The notes beneath the pieces are model-generated. The model saw only the letters and a list, made by a program, of their open reading frames with translations. It searched no databases and was not told where the DNA came from. Below, piece after piece: positions 15,372-32,438 of a stretch of 64,000 nucleotides of DNA. The stretch spans positions 55,180,001 through 55,244,000 of the forward strand of contig OZ024740.1 in the NCBI GenBank assembly GCA_964016885.1, written 5' to 3'. The first letter of the stretch is position 1, and each line of letters begins with the position of its first letter. A program made the position numbers and the translations under genes. The stretch is from Eledone cirrhosa. Its lineage: Eukaryota.

Positions 15372-16294
15372 TATATATAATATATATATACATTTATACA
15401 TATACATCTATATATTCTTTCTTTTTATCATCAGTAATCTCTACCTGCCCCTAGGTCTATCTATCCATATATCTATTATCCGTCTCCCTCATTCGATTCT
15501 CTTTTATATTCTTCTTTTCTGCTCTCCAACTGTAACTCACTCACAACTAATAAATGCCGCATCTCTCCCTGGCACTCACTCCTTTTCACAATCTTTCTCT
15601 ATTACCTCTACTCCAGTTCACTGCCTCTGTCTTTCTTTCACACAACACTTACTCTTTTCCACCTATATTTCCCTCCTCCTCCACCTCCTACTCATCCTCC
15701 TCCTCCTCATCGACATTTTCTCCTCCTCCTTCTTCTTCTTCTCCTCCTCCCCTTCCCCCTCTCCTCCTCCTCCCCTTTCACCTCTTCCTCTTGTTTCTTC
15801 CTCAAATACTGCTCCACTTTCTCCCCTCCAATAATCGCGTCTCTCTTCCTCCTCCTCCTCTTTGTCTTCATTCCCTCCTCCTCCTCCTCCTCCTCCTCCT
15901 CCTTTTTCCACAGTATCTCCCCAACTTGTGGCTTGGCAGTAGGAATATTAAAAGCGGACTGACTGATTTTATGATATAAAGAAGCTTAGAGCTTTTCTGC
16001 TGCCATCATAATCGTCAGAGTTGATGAAATATGTTTTGTTTTGTTTTTTTCTCAGCTGAAAGAATGAATTCGGCTTGTTGTTGTTATCCATGCGTTTGAT
16101 ACTTCTTACTTGTAATGTGTCTTTCACTATAAAAGAGGAAGTGGAGAAGAGAACGACGAGCAAGAAGAGAAGAAAGAGTATAACAAGAAAGAAGGAAAGA
16201 AAGAAAGACAGAGAGAAAAAAGGAAGTAATACCAATCAATGAAGACGAAAAGGAAGAGAGAAAGTTTAAGCTGAAAGGACACAGAGATAGAGAT

Positions 16295-16389
<95 letters not shown>

Positions 16390-16767
16390 GATAAGCGAAA
16401 GAAGAAAAAAAAGAATGCTAAATATAGCAACAGAAGATAAAACCAAAGGGTGACAAAAAATTATATTTATCTCACAATTGGAAATAACATATCATGAGTC
16501 TATTAACGGAATTTTAGGAAAAAAATTACCAACAATATATGTAGCTAAAGCAAAGTACCAGAACTGAGAAAGAATCGACAAGAGAAAACAATAATAAAAA
16601 TAATGTTCGTGGCAAGATCAACATCAACAATATTATTCTCATCAAAAACTTCAGTAATAAAGGATTGCGAATCTGTGTGAAATCTAAAGGATATCTTCTT
16701 TCCATTACAACATTAACATCAATCAATGAGTTGCATACATACATAAATACATCTATACATACATACG

Positions 16768-16798
<31 letters not shown>

Positions 16799-17281
16799 GG
16801 TGTGTGTGTGTATGTGTTTGCGCGTACAGCTATGCGTGTGTGTGACTAATCTTGACACATGTAATGAACTGAAAGGGTTACAAATATTTTCCGATTAAGA
16901 AAAAAAAAAGTGTAAGAAAAAATGGAGTCGACAATATATACCCTGGCCAGTTGGATATCCAATTTACTTACGATATATGACTAATTATTATTAACTACAA
17001 CTGAATATACAAAAACAAAAGAAAAATGGAAAGGAAAATAGCTACATCTTTTATACATTTTTTATGCAAATGAACACATATTTATCATGATTATTATTAT
17101 GATCACTACGTCTTACTTTTCTCCTACAAGTTCTTTCTTAAGCAATTTTATTTATTTCTAAATTTCCTTTAAATTCATTGCAAAAACGATAGAAAAAGAA
17201 CATATACACATATACATATATAGATACGTACGCACATATATACATACAAACATACATACATATACGTAGATACATACATAC

Positions 17282-17341
<60 letters not shown>

Positions 17342-17715
17342 TTATTTAGCATTTATTTTACAAAAATAAATATAGCTGATGTCTTCTAAAAAGAATACAG
17401 ACAACTACTGCTGATTATATATACATACATTCATACATAGTTATAAAATTTCTATAGCGCACCTACCTGCATCAATGTGCACGCGTGTATGTACGTATCC
17501 ATGGCTTTGTTGCCTATGCATAAGTAGATCACTATATACAGATGGCGTTGAATGTTTAATAATTTATTGAGAGAGCAAGCAGACAGGCAGGTAGACAGAC
17601 AGAAAAGGCGAAGGAAAGCAAAGGCAAGGCAAAGGCAAGGCAGGACGAGAAGAAACATATTTTTTGCTCCGACAGATATATACATATACATAAATACATA
17701 TACCTATATATACAT

Positions 17716-17776
<61 letters not shown>

Positions 17777-18471
17777 CATATTTGTATAAATATATATCTT
17801 AATAAATGAATGATTCCACTAAGCCAGTGCCAAATCTACCCACTATATGTGCTATGATTCCCGGAATAAATTACCATGTTAATTTGGAGCTGGACTAATA
17901 TCATTATTAATACTAACACTTGCACTGGAACCAATATTTCTAGTGTTTGTTACCACCGTCTTTATACGGAGATCAAAGCAACTAACAAACATATTGTTAG
18001 GAGCGTATTAAACATTCTTCCTAATGAGCGAATATACGGACACCAGCTACTACGTCACTCAGGTAAGGAGCAGAAAAAATAATGGTGTGAACACTTCCTT
18101 CAGCGACAAGAAAGATCAGTTACTTCTCTTGCCAATTTTTTTCTTTATCCTTTATATATAAAAGCATGCATACACATATATGTACTTACATACATGCAAA
18201 AATACATACGTATACGCATACATAGAAACATGCATAGATACATACTTTTATACGTACATTTATATATGGATACATACGTACATACAAACATACAAACATA
18301 CATACACACGCTCGTAAATACATACATGTACACATACATACATACATATAAACATAAATGCATACATACATACATACATATATATTATATCGGGATACCG
18401 TAATGTGTATATGTCTGTGTGTATATGTATATATATACACACACATACAGATACACACATGTGTGTATATA

Positions 18472-18533
<62 letters not shown>

Positions 18534-18623
18534 GGCACAGATACACACATATATGTAAATATACACACATACATATATATATATATATACACACATACAT
18601 GAACGCATACACAGATATATATG

Positions 18624-18656
<33 letters not shown>

Positions 18657-18777
18657 GTGTGTATACATGCATAGATACATACTTATATACATAGATACCT
18701 ACATACATACATTTATATATGGATACATACGTATATACAAACATAAACGCATACACAAACGCATACACAGATATATA

Positions 18778-18824
<47 letters not shown>

Positions 18825-19480
18825 GTGTGTATACATGCATAGATACACACTTATATACATAGATACCTACATACATACATTTATATATAGAGACATACGT
18901 ACATATAAACATACAAACATACAAACATACATACAGACGCACGTAAATATATACATGTACACATACATACATACATACATACATACATACATACATACAT
19001 ACTTATATGCATACATACATACATGCATACATACATACATATATATTATATCGGGATACCATAGTGATTTTTTTTCTCTCATCGAATTTAAAACGTCTTT
19101 AGTCAAATCTAGCTAAATATAAATTATTTAAAAGTATATTAGAGATATCGCCGAGAGGAAAAGCGGCGACAATGTTTATTCAGCGTCTATTTGAAACAAC
19201 TTAGAAGATATATTTACAGGTTATTTAATAAATGTAAGCAAGTATGTATGTATGTATGTATGTATGTATGTATGTATGTATGTATGTATGTATGTATGTA
19301 TGTATGTATGTATGTATGTATGTATGCATGTATGTATGAATGTATGTATGTATGAATGTATGTATGTATGAATGTATGTAACTAGGAATGTATGCATGTA
19401 TACATGTAAGCGTATATGTATATATATACACATGTTTGTGTATATTTACATACTCATATGTATAGATGTGTGCGCGCACA

Positions 19481-19604
<124 letters not shown>

Positions 19605-19648
19605 AAAAGATTTAACCGCGTCATTTATATATAGTTATATCTATAAAG

Positions 19649-19688
19649 GTCGAAACGGCTGAAGCTCAGCTGTCGGCATCCTAGCTCT

Positions 19689-19692
<4 letters not shown>
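19649..19692 (+). mobile_element. Family B (TA)n-associated element fragment with hammerhead 3' half
   Basis: GTC-GAAAC-GGCTGAAGCTCAGCT-GTC; matches 21500-21550. Confidence 0.65.
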
Positions 19693-19723
<31 letters not shown>

Positions 19724-19726
<3 letters not shown>

Positions 19727-20021
19727 GATATTAACAAATGGAAACTATATGTATAAAACCATATCTATTTTATTATACATATTTCAAGGATACCATGTTA
19801 AATTATGGTATGTTTTCATCAGACAAAATGCAATATATACCAGTTTTATAAATAAATATTGACATACCCTTTCAAAATGCAACCGTTACTTTTGTAAGAC
19901 ATCAGTTAAATATATTTTCCATTTGTTAATATCGTATATTTACTTCAAATACTTGTCGAGTGCTTTATATCAGTTATAAAAATATTTGCTTGTTGTATCC
20001 CAACAATTTAAGTAGAACTTT

Positions 20022-20024
<3 letters not shown>
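19724..20024. mobile_element. Family A2 Penelope-like pLTR element: inverted arm plus forward 3' tail between (TA)n tracts
   Basis: Homologous to 48393-48876; 19724-19745 is an inverted copy of 19917-19936. Confidence 0.75.
19767..19830 (-). ncRNA. Minimal type I hammerhead ribozyme motif (A2)
   Basis: Minus strand: ATTTTGT-CTGATGA-aaacATACCATaatttaacATGGTATcctt-GAAA-T-ATGT-A-TA-ATAAAAT. Confidence 0.7.
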
Positions 20025-20083
<59 letters not shown>

Positions 20084-20212
20084 CGTGTGTGTGTGTATAT
20101 TTATTAATGCACACAAACATATAATTACCTACGTGGTTGGAGTGTATGTAATTACTTCAGTGCCGGATTTTTTCGAAACTCACCATAGTAAAGAGCAAGG
20201 CATTTCAAATAT

Positions 20213-20457
20213 ATAATATAAGATCAAAAGATGGTTAAAGGAGTTCCATATATTTTATTATGCGCATTTCAAAAACAAACATCATCATGCAATAATATAC
20301 AATGATGTTTGTTTTTGAAATGCGCATAATAAAATATATGGAACTCCTTTAACCATCTTTTGATCTTATATTATGCATACTCCAGTCCTACAAACTGTAG
20401 AGTGCTTCCTATCCGATATCTGCATTGCTTTATTGTACTACAATAAAACTCACCTCC

Positions 20458-20460
<3 letters not shown>
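20213..20460 (+). mobile_element. Family A1 Penelope-like pLTR element: 73-bp inverted arms plus 86-bp tail, hammerhead 3' half only
   Basis: Inverted repeat 20213-20285/20302-20374; GAAA-TGCGCA-TA-ATAAAATA at 20317-20336; homologous to 28854-29259; ends in (TA)n. Confidence 0.8.
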
Positions 20461-20495
<35 letters not shown>

Positions 20496-20594
20496 CATAT
20501 ATACATGTATGTGTGTGGGCGCGTATATTGTTCCTGTTTGCGTGTGTGTATAAAAAATATATATATACCTATACACACACCCATATATATATAT

Positions 20595-20686
<92 letters not shown>

Positions 20687-20687
20687 G

Positions 20688-20763
<76 letters not shown>

Positions 20764-21008
20764 TATAATCATATATCATATAATAATTAAAATAACTATG
20801 TAGCTGACATAATCTATTTATTTGAATGTAAACATTTACATAATGGGGTCCAGTTCAGTTTTTTTTATTATCATTTCTACATGTATATGTGAATGTTTTT
20901 TCACCGAATAGTTACTTTCACTGATATTGAATCAAATAGATAAATCCCAAAACTTGTTTAAAGTAAATATTATTTAAATAAACTTAATAGTTTTAGTAGT
21001 CTGTTGAC

Positions 21009-21043
<35 letters not shown>

Positions 21044-21229
21044 TATATATATACACATATATATGTGTGTATGTGTGTATATATATATATATAAATATAT
21101 ATATATATATCAATGTATGTATATGTATGTACATATATATATATATATATATATATTTATTTATATATATACACACACACACATATAATACACCTTACTA
21201 TAAACTACACACACACACATATACATATC

Positions 21230-21294
<65 letters not shown>

Positions 21295-21321
21295 ACATAC
21301 AAACATGTATATACATACATT

Positions 21322-21355
<34 letters not shown>

Positions 21356-21357
<2 letters not shown>

Positions 21358-21545
21358 ACGAAGGAAATGTGGTAAGGAACCAGGTGGACCATAACGCACC
21401 TAAGTACTCAATACTTAGGGTAGTAGAGTGGATAATAGGAACAAGTAAACCCCGACGGCTGAGCTCAAGCCGTTTCGACGGCTAATTCTGGACAGAATTA
21501 GCCGTCGAAACGGCTTGAGCTCAGCCGTCGGTGTCTTACTTGTTC

Positions 21546-21550
<5 letters not shown>
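21356..21550 (-). mobile_element. Family B element: about 57-bp inverted arms plus tail, within (TA)n
   Basis: Inverted repeat 21434-21490/21493-21550; each arm carries GAAAC-GGCT-TGAGCTC-AGCC-GTC. Confidence 0.8.
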
Positions 21551-21616
<66 letters not shown>

Positions 21617-21653
21617 TATATATATATAGATACATATATATAGTTATAGATAT

Positions 21654-21701
<48 letters not shown>

Positions 21702-22689
21702 ATGTGTGTGTGTGTATATATACCAATCTCGTTATATATGTGTGTGTATAGCAATTTCTTTATATATATATATGTATGTGTGTGTGTGTGTATTTGTGTG
21801 CGTATTTGTGCGTCTGTGCAAGGGTGTGCGTTTGTGCGTTTGTGTGTATACTGTACCCATATATACTCACACACACATCAGACACACACACGGGCACATG
21901 CCTCATTTATGTGTTTTGTGTTAGCTAAAATTTCATTAAACGAATAAATTTATTGATAATCTCTTTTTTTCCCCACTTCAATTTAATTCAATTCCCAATT
22001 TCGTCTTTAGAATAATTAAGTCAGCTCTTGGATAAACAATCTATAAAGGCATGTGCGGTAATAACATTTTAAAATAAATTTATGCAAATTAGTTTCCAGA
22101 AACTAACTCGTCACAAATGTTTTCATCTAAATTTTGTACGATGTCAAATTTTAATTATTCTATCTAATTTACAAAGTTTCTTTGAAGTCATTAAACTAAT
22201 TGGCTATCGATCACTTGATGTGTTGTTTATTGATTTCTTCTTCTGACAAAGCTCATTTAACTACGCCGGTCAAAAATTCATTCACAAATTCATAAAGTCA
22301 TTATTGCCGTTTTTCCATAATAAATTATCATGTATAGAACTGCATTTATATCTGAAGTATTCCATAGCAATAATTCCTTCTTACATTGACACCAAGTCAG
22401 CTATTTGAGAGAAGACAAACGTCGATTATATCCAAAATAGTATTTAACTGGTACTTTAAACTATCGTCCTCGGAATATAAATTTGCCATCGGCTGAGTTT
22501 CAACTCGGACTATACAGATGGAATCTCTCCCTTTACACCCTTCATCTTCCTCCTACACCACCCCATCCTCACCCTCACCCTTTTTCTCCTCCTCTTCCTC
22601 CACATACTACTACTACTAAAGTATTGTTACAAATGAAAGGGATTTGTAAAATAGATTTATTTATTTAGTGATTAATCGGGTAATGATGA

Positions 22690-22815
22690 AAATAATTGTT
22701 TCTACTTTTGGCACCAGGCCAGCAATTATCCCAGTGCATTACTGGTACTTTATTTTATCGACCTCGTAAGGATGAAAGGCAAAGTTAACCTCGGCGGGAT
22801 TTGAACTCAGATCAT
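22690..22815 (-). mobile_element. S1 SINE, short form, 5'-truncated
   Basis: Match to the S1 consensus. Confidence 0.88.
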
Positions 22816-22940
22816 AAGAAAATAATGTCGACCCTTGTGTATTAATACATATGTATAAACTTAAATATATAAGTACATATAATATGTATTAACATATATG
22901 ATATATATGCATATATATACATATACACTATATACACACG

Positions 22941-23017
<77 letters not shown>

Positions 23018-23021
<4 letters not shown>

Positions 23022-23148
23022 CGGATTTAGCTGTCGAAACCGGAGCTCAGCCGCCGGGGTCATGAATAAATTCATATTAGCCACTCTACTAAACCTAGTA
23101 TCGAGTACTCTGGTGGGTTATGGTGTAGTTGGCTTTTACCATACTCTA

Positions 23149-23153
<5 letters not shown>
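23018..23153 (+). mobile_element. Family B element (diverged) between (TA)n tracts
   Basis: TTAGCTGTCGAAAC..GAGCTCAGCC..CCACTCTACTA..GTATCGAGTACTCTGGTG. Confidence 0.75.
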
Positions 23154-23194
<41 letters not shown>

Positions 23195-23847
23195 CTAGAT
23201 CCTATCCTTTGCAAGAAGAGTGCACCCACTCTTTTGGATGGTGCTCTACGATTACTTGTTTCTCATGATATTGACGATGATGACGATCATGATGATGTTG
23301 ATGAATACTTATGATACAGTAGAATAGAATAGACCCCAGCATAATTAACCCGGCTATTATTTCTAAGGCGTTATTTACTGCCACTTGGGGATGCAGGGCT
23401 CCCGGCTAGTTAAACCTAAAATGCCACGGCTTAAATAATACCCTAAAGCATCCAGTACAGCTGTCATCACTTTCATACTTTTAACGGTGATGATGAATAT
23501 GATGATGGCTATTTTGATTGTGATCATAATCATGATGATCATAGTGATAATTATTGTAATCATAATGGTGAACATGATGATCATGATCAGCATCCTTATA
23601 GAGATGCCGGTCGGTGTCATTGAAAAAATAAAACCCATGAAAATATTGAAAATAAAACTCTGGATTGATGATGGTCAGAGGTTCTTTAGCGAAATGATTA
23701 ACACATGAACCAGTGTCCATTTTTTTCCCTTCTCCCGGGATTCTTTACCTGATATTCTCAAATATAGCTTATAACAATTGAGTATTATTACTCATTTGAG
23801 TTTGGAGGCACAAAGTGCTCCGAAATTTAATTCCCCCTTTCTCTGTT

Positions 23848-23878
<31 letters not shown>

Positions 23879-23926
23879 ATTATGGAATACTGTTGGTTTT
23901 TGGCTACAATATTTTCTATACCTTTC

Positions 23927-23979
<53 letters not shown>

Positions 23980-24189
23980 AGAGAGATAAACACAGATATA
24001 CACATATGTGTGTTCATATATGTGCTTATCTCTCTTTATTACATTAAATTATATTATACGGCTCGGAACATTTTTTCTTTGAGGTATTTTAATTGTAATG
24101 AATTATTCTGAGTTTCTAACTCAATATATACTTTATATATATATACTGGCATACCGCCTATGGAAGCATCATAGCTACCATTACACACG

Positions 24190-24345
<156 letters not shown>

Positions 24346-25099
24346 ATCACTCGAAACAGCTTACCTTTTACTGTTTGTCAGTGAGAGCAGGGCTATACAC
24401 TTTTCCGGATCACGAAGTCATTACATTGCTCTGAAACAAATACTTGCTGCAGACTTGACTTAACCAAAGGTATTCGGGAGCCAGGTTGACCATGGCAGGA
24501 TTGGACTAGGAATGTAAAAAGACTGAACAAATTCAGCAGTGCATCTTGTCCGTGTCTCTATAAATTCTTGCAAGCCACCACCTAGAATGGCATTTTATTT
24601 CCTCGTCCCTTGCTATTTATGCTGTACATTATACTTACTCAGATATCTCATTTGAGGGGAGTATTTACTCGTCTATTTTGTTCATGTCTCTTCTCTTATT
24701 TCATTTGTTGTATGTCAGTAAAATATAATACATATATTATAGCAATTGTGCATTACAACCTTCCGGAAAAAATGATGTGTTAAATTTCCCTATACATAAG
24801 GATGGCTAATGTTATTCCTTTTCTGATATTTTACAGAAATATATCTACTAGGAATATGAATTGGATTATATTCTCATAGAATAACATAAGAATGGAAATA
24901 TCTTCAAAAATCCTTACTAGTGGTGATCAGAAATCGTAAACTTTTACGAGTCTCCCAATAAACATAAACATTGCAATGTGTTTGAAGAAATTCTTATATA
25001 CGTACTTATTTATTTATGTATATATATTTATATATGTATATATATTTATATATATATATATATATATATACATACTCATATTTTATATGAATATGTATA

Positions 25100-25193
<94 letters not shown>

Positions 25194-25204
25194 CATATAT
25201 ATAC

Positions 25205-25238
<34 letters not shown>

Positions 25239-25264
25239 GCATATATATATATATATATATACTG

Positions 25265-25322
<58 letters not shown>

Positions 25323-25327
25323 TATAT

Positions 25328-25366
<39 letters not shown>

Positions 25367-25370
25367 TATA

Positions 25371-25462
<92 letters not shown>

Positions 25463-25689
25463 ATAGAGAGAGCGAGAGAGAGAGAGCGAGAGAGAGGGAG
25501 ATGAGTATATATAAATATATGTGCATATACACATAATAGAAAAGCACACATATACGTATATTTTAATATGTATATGTGTTTTTTTTCTATTATGTGTATA
25601 TGCACATATATTTATATGCATTTAATGTCTGAACGATGTGTGAATTTGCCAATAATACCAGATGATACACATATTAAGTAAATGAAACG

Positions 25690-25868
25690 AAGGCGGTATC
25701 GGTAGAGGGTCGGACGCCATGCTTTGACGCATAGTTACGGCCCTTGCCATTCTGAGTTCAAATCCCGCCTAGGTTAACTTTGCCTTTCATCCTTATGGGG
25801 TCGATAAAATAAAGTACCAGTAATGGACTGGGTATTTGCTGGCCTTGTACCAAATGTAGAAACAATTA
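25690..25868 (+). mobile_element. S1 SINE, short form, with (TTATA)n tail
   Basis: Match to the S1 consensus. Confidence 0.88.
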
Positions 25869-26192
25869 TATTATATTATATTATATTATAAAGTGTGCCG
25901 TACTGAGAAACGAGGTTTAATTTCATGCGAGTGGGCAGAAAAACTTGGAAAAGGAATCCTATAATATATATATTAAACACCTATTCATCTATGGTATATT
26001 TCATTTGGATCCAGTTATAATGCGAAGCTAATGTGACGACTGTTAACTGCATCTATTTCAAATGAAATTGTTATTAATCATTATCAGGCCCCGGCAAAAA
26101 TGTATGGTCAAATATGTATGTATACATAAATATGCAGAGATATATATGAGATAATTATTATGTACATATATATATGTGTGTATATATATATA

Positions 26193-26292
<100 letters not shown>

Positions 26293-26363
26293 CGTGTGTT
26301 ATATATATATATATATGTTTGTGTATATATACATATATATATATGTATGTATATATATATATT

Positions 26364-26463
<100 letters not shown>

Positions 26464-26759
26464 CACATATACGATTTACAATTATATATAAGTTTATAAC
26501 TACAAATAACTTTCCTGAAGAGTCTCGAAGTACGCAGGTGGAAGTTCAGAGTAAAAAGATCACAACATAGCGATAATAAATGACTATAAATATGTTCATA
26601 TTTATATATATATATATATATATCTTATCGCTATGTTATATAGATATATAGTTAAAAATGGAACGGGAACAAAACTGAGAGGCAGTACAAAGGTTTATTA
26701 ATAGAAATTCAACTAACCGTGCATATTTCTGTGTATATATATATATATAAAGATATAGC

Positions 26760-26853
<94 letters not shown>

Positions 26854-26858
26854 TATAT

Positions 26859-26894
<36 letters not shown>

Positions 26895-27004
26895 GCATAT
26901 ATATATATAAATGTATATATATATATTTGATATATCTCTATATATATATATTTATATTATGATATATATCTGTATATTTATACACATATATAAATATCTA
27001 TATC

Positions 27005-27057
<53 letters not shown>

Positions 27058-27608
27058 TATGCGTGTGTGTGCGTGAGAGAGAGGGTATGCGTTGGTGAGC
27101 GCGGGAGGTGGTGCATAAAAATAATATCTCTGAAGTGGAAAATTAAAATTGTGAACTGGAATGAGATACGATAAATTATTGTTACAATTATTTACTAATG
27201 TTAATACGTTAATACAAAGACAAAAAAACACTTTACTAAGCAATCAAGACCCAATTTTGACCATCACGCCTCATTTATAGTGCTCTAAACAATTTAAATA
27301 GAAGGTGAAAATTGGGCCTTGAAATGTTAGGTAGCGGTTTGGCTCCATTTATGAAAATACAAATAATATATTATAGATACATACATATATCCATCCATCC
27401 GTCCATCCATCCATACATAAATACATACATGCATACATACATAAACATTTCTGTTGGCGCGGTTTTGAATATTACAAACGGCATGCATATATGTGAGAGT
27501 AATAGATGCGTGTAAATGAGTATTCATTATATTTAAACTTTATAAACAAAATATATTACACGATATATGGACATCTATCTATATATAAATAATAGGTTCG
27601 CCTACATA

Positions 27609-27711
<103 letters not shown>

Positions 27712-27809
27712 GTATATACGTGTGTATATAGTGTATATGTATATACACACGTATATATATATATATATATAACTATATATACATATATATATATATATAT
27801 GTATATATT

Positions 27810-27909
<100 letters not shown>

Positions 27910-27934
27910 TATATACATATATATATACATACAT

Positions 27935-28001
<67 letters not shown>

Positions 28002-28209
28002 AGATACACACACACATATATATATGTGTATATATACAGAAGCGAAAACCAATCCAAACCAAACAGTGAGTTTCTTAAACAATAAATAAAATAAAGAAAT
28101 CATTATTTCATTATTATTTCTTGCAATATTATAACAATCTATAATAAATATATATATATATATATATACACATGATCTAAATATATATGTATATTTATAT
28201 ATATATATT

Positions 28210-28256
<47 letters not shown>

Positions 28257-28359
28257 GATCTAAATATATATGTATATTTATATATATATATTCGCATATA
28301 TATATATATATATATATACACATGATCTAAATATATATGTATATTTATATATATATATT

Positions 28360-28505
<146 letters not shown>

Positions 28506-28787
28506 AATATACATTTTTATATATACATTTATATATATATATATATATACATAGAGACAGAGAAAGCGAGAGAGATAGACATACATACATATAGATATAT
28601 ATGAATACATATTCATTTACTGGAAAATTTGCTATACAGTGCGTGTATACGGGTAAACTTGAAAAACATACATAGGCAATATTTAGTCACAAAGCAAAGA
28701 TTCTTTGATAAATATATATGCACGTAAATATATATTTGTTTACGAAAAAAATACGGATCACATACTCTCCAACCGTGAACGAGCTTA

Positions 28788-28856
<69 letters not shown>

Positions 28857-28979
28857 GGAGATGAGTTTTATTGTAGTACAATAAAGCAATGCAGATATCG
28901 GATAAGAAGCACTCTACAGTTTGTAGGACTGGAGTATACATAATATATAAGATCAAAAGATGGTTAAATGAGTTCCATG

Positions 28980-29050
28980 TATTTTATTAAGTGCATTTCA
29001 AAAACAAATATCATCATGCAATAACATTTGTGTTTTCATCAGATAAAATA
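28980..29050 (-). ncRNA. Minimal type I hammerhead ribozyme motif (A1, left arm)
   Basis: Reverse complement of 29149-29219, with loop III GCAC. Confidence 0.7.
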
Positions 29051-29148
29051 GGAGGACATGATATGAAGGTTAAAAATACTTGTGGATAGTGCAGTTTTAA
29101 ATCAACGCACTATCCACAAGTATTTTTAACCTTCATATCATGTCCTCC

Positions 29149-29219
29149 TATTTTATCTGATGAAAACACAAATGTTATTGCATGATGATATTTGTTTTTG
29201 AAATGCGCTTAATAAAATA
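29149..29219 (+). ncRNA. Minimal type I hammerhead ribozyme motif (A1, right arm)
   Basis: Stem I TATTTTAT/ATAAAATA; CTGATGA 29157-29163; stem II 15 of 16 positions paired (G-U allowed) with loop GCAT; GAAA 29200-29203; T-GCGC-T-TA (the 20317 copy has the intact TGCGCA). Confidence 0.75.
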
Positions 29220-29249
29220 CATGGAACTCATTTAACCATCTTTTGATCT

Positions 29250-29291
<42 letters not shown>

Positions 29292-29498
29292 TCCGCTCTT
29301 AAGCATGAACCTAATTCAGAAAATGTACTAAATAATTTGGTAGAGTTCAGGCCTATTTATTTTATTATCGAAGTAGCCTCTGCGGGACTAGAAGTGTTTC
29401 ATTCATTAGAAATTAGAATAGTATATATGAATATAATAGTATATATGAATATAATAGTATAATAGTATATAATATATATGTATATAATAGTATAATAG

Positions 29499-29606
<108 letters not shown>

Positions 29607-29764
29607 ATTTAAATATATCATTTCCTCTATATATAAAAAAATACTACCTTGTTTCTCAATTGTTATATCCTTGTGTATCGTTTCACAAATATATTCGAAC
29701 GTAGTCCCAATAATATCTACTTCTTATATATTATAGAGGATCCTCGTTTGTAAAAGAGCAAATT

Positions 29765-29877
29765 ATAATAATAATTGTTTCTACTTTAGGCACAAGGCCA
29801 GCAATAGCCCAGTGCATTACTGGTACTTTATTTTATCGACACCGTAAGGATGAAAGGCAAGGTCAACCTCGGCGGGA
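29765..29877 (-). mobile_element. S1 SINE, 3' half
   Basis: Match to the S1 consensus; AT-rich ATAATAAT repeats on both sides. Confidence 0.85.
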
Positions 29878-29987
29878 TATAATAATAATAACAATTAGAG
29901 ATGCTCTGAACGGAGGCTTAGCGAGCTTTTTACTGAGATACATATTGATATATATTGTATATGTTTTGATTAAACGAAAAGCTAATT

Positions 29988-30081
<94 letters not shown>

Positions 30082-30084
30082 TAT

Positions 30085-30569
<485 letters not shown>

Positions 30570-30995
30570 TGTGTGTATGTGTGTGTGTGAATGTTTCTAT
30601 ATATATGAATACATGTATGTTTGTATTTATATATATGTTTATATCCAATCTCTCTATACCAATACTTCATACATTCTTGTTTATATGAAACAATATTTAC
30701 CCTGTTTTGCATATTCACCGTAAACGATCAGATTACTACACAAAATTACACATATTCTCAAATACTCACACTCATACATAGATAGACACCCACATACATA
30801 CATTCAGAACATTCTCAAATTCGCACACAAATCATCATGCACATATACAATCCCAAACATTATAAAACTGATTTAATTCTATTGATATATCAACATATCT
30901 GTGATACAAATCGTTACCTTCTTGAAGTAGTAATTAATTTTCCCCTCATATTATACGTTATACCATCTTAAAAAAACAACATTATTATTATGTAT

Positions 30996-31175
30996 GCGGT
31001 GGATAGTCAGTATCAGTAAAGGGTCGGACACCATGCTTTGCAAGCTTAGAGTTAAGGCCCTTTACGGTCTCAGTTCAAATCCTGCCGAGGTTAACTTTAC
31101 GTTTCATCCTTACGGGGTCGATACCAGTAATGCACTGGGGTAATTGCTAACCTTGTGCCAAAAGTAGAAACAATT
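30996..31175 (+). mobile_element. S1 SINE, short form, near full length
   Basis: S1 consensus; 16-bp TSD ATTATTATTATGTATG at 30981-30996 and 31173-31188. Confidence 0.9.
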
Positions 31176-31509
31176 ATTATTATGTATGTAGACCTGGAGG
31201 AAAATACCGTATTAGGGGGATACAAAGGTTTGGATATTCATAGATGGAACGTACTTACCATAGGTCTAACGTGAGGTTAACTAAGCACAACCACAGCAGT
31301 TTTTTCCTACATTTATTTCTTAAATTACTATAATGCCTTTACAAATATCCCTCTTAGTTATCTCACCAGTGGGCGGGATAAATTGTTATTCACCTGTAAT
31401 TAACGCATGACGATGGTGCAATCATCCGTATCTCTTTATTTCGTCTCTCCTTTTACTGGTAGCACTGAACCTAACTACACCTCTCTCTATCTTTCTCTCC
31501 CCCTTTCTC

Positions 31510-31575
<66 letters not shown>

Positions 31576-32438
31576 GTCCCACTCTCTGAAACGTCTTAAC
31601 GCTCACCCCTCTATAAATTTAGTTTCTAAACATGACCTTTTCTCTGTGTTTCGGCACTTTAAACTGAGGTCGCATTTGCCTTTCATTCTTCTACGGTCGA
31701 TAAAATCGAGGACCAGTCAAGTGTTCGCGTCGATATAAACATCTGTATATCTATTAGAAATTATTATTTTAATTACCATTATTAAAGGCGGATAGGTAAT
31801 AAATGTGCTTATATTCTTTTGAAATATGTATATAAAAGAAATAGGGCTGAGTAACTATATAGACACATTATATATATCTGGAATCTGGAAATGATTATAA
31901 ATCTCATATATCATGAGTCGAAATATATAGGATGATATGATATGAAGAGTGAAGAGACAACATATGTACACACACAAACAGACACACATACACATATATA
32001 CACACACACACACGCACACACATTCATACACCCACACACATATGTATACATCGTTGCATACATGTATATGTGTGTGAGTGTGTGCATGTATGAGCGCGTG
32101 TTTTTATGTGTGTGTGTTAGTACATTTTTGTTTTTGGCTTAAAGTTTATTCAGTCACATTTAGTGGAAATCTTCATCAACATGGAGGAAAAACAATAATG
32201 ATATTGATAGTAAATAAAAATATAAGGACTTGTTATCGAAGATATCTTTCGAAAACGTGTATCTGTAATTAAGAAGTACTGGCAAATTCATGATTACAGA
32301 TTCGTTCTCTCTGAGAAGAATCTTTGGCAAATACCTTTTTCTAGACAGGTTGACCAATGCCACGTGAGTTATACATACATACATATAAACACACACACAT
32401 ACGCACACACACATAATACATATATATACACACACACA

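Larger units (their letters stand above)
28854..29259 (-). mobile_element. Family A1 Penelope-like pLTR element: 153-bp inverted arms, 14-nt spacer, 86-bp tail, within (TA)n
   Basis: Near-perfect inverted repeat 28940-29092/29107-29259; (TA)n on both sides. Confidence 0.85.

Noticed and set aside
21434-21550. Palindromic repeats as a CRISPR-like array or simple TIR MITEs
   Set aside because: No regular repeat-spacer periodicity; variable centres and one-sided tails do not fit terminal inverted repeats.
26510-26560. CTGAAGAGTCTCG as a hammerhead core
   Set aside because: No closing stem II strand or properly placed GAAA follows.
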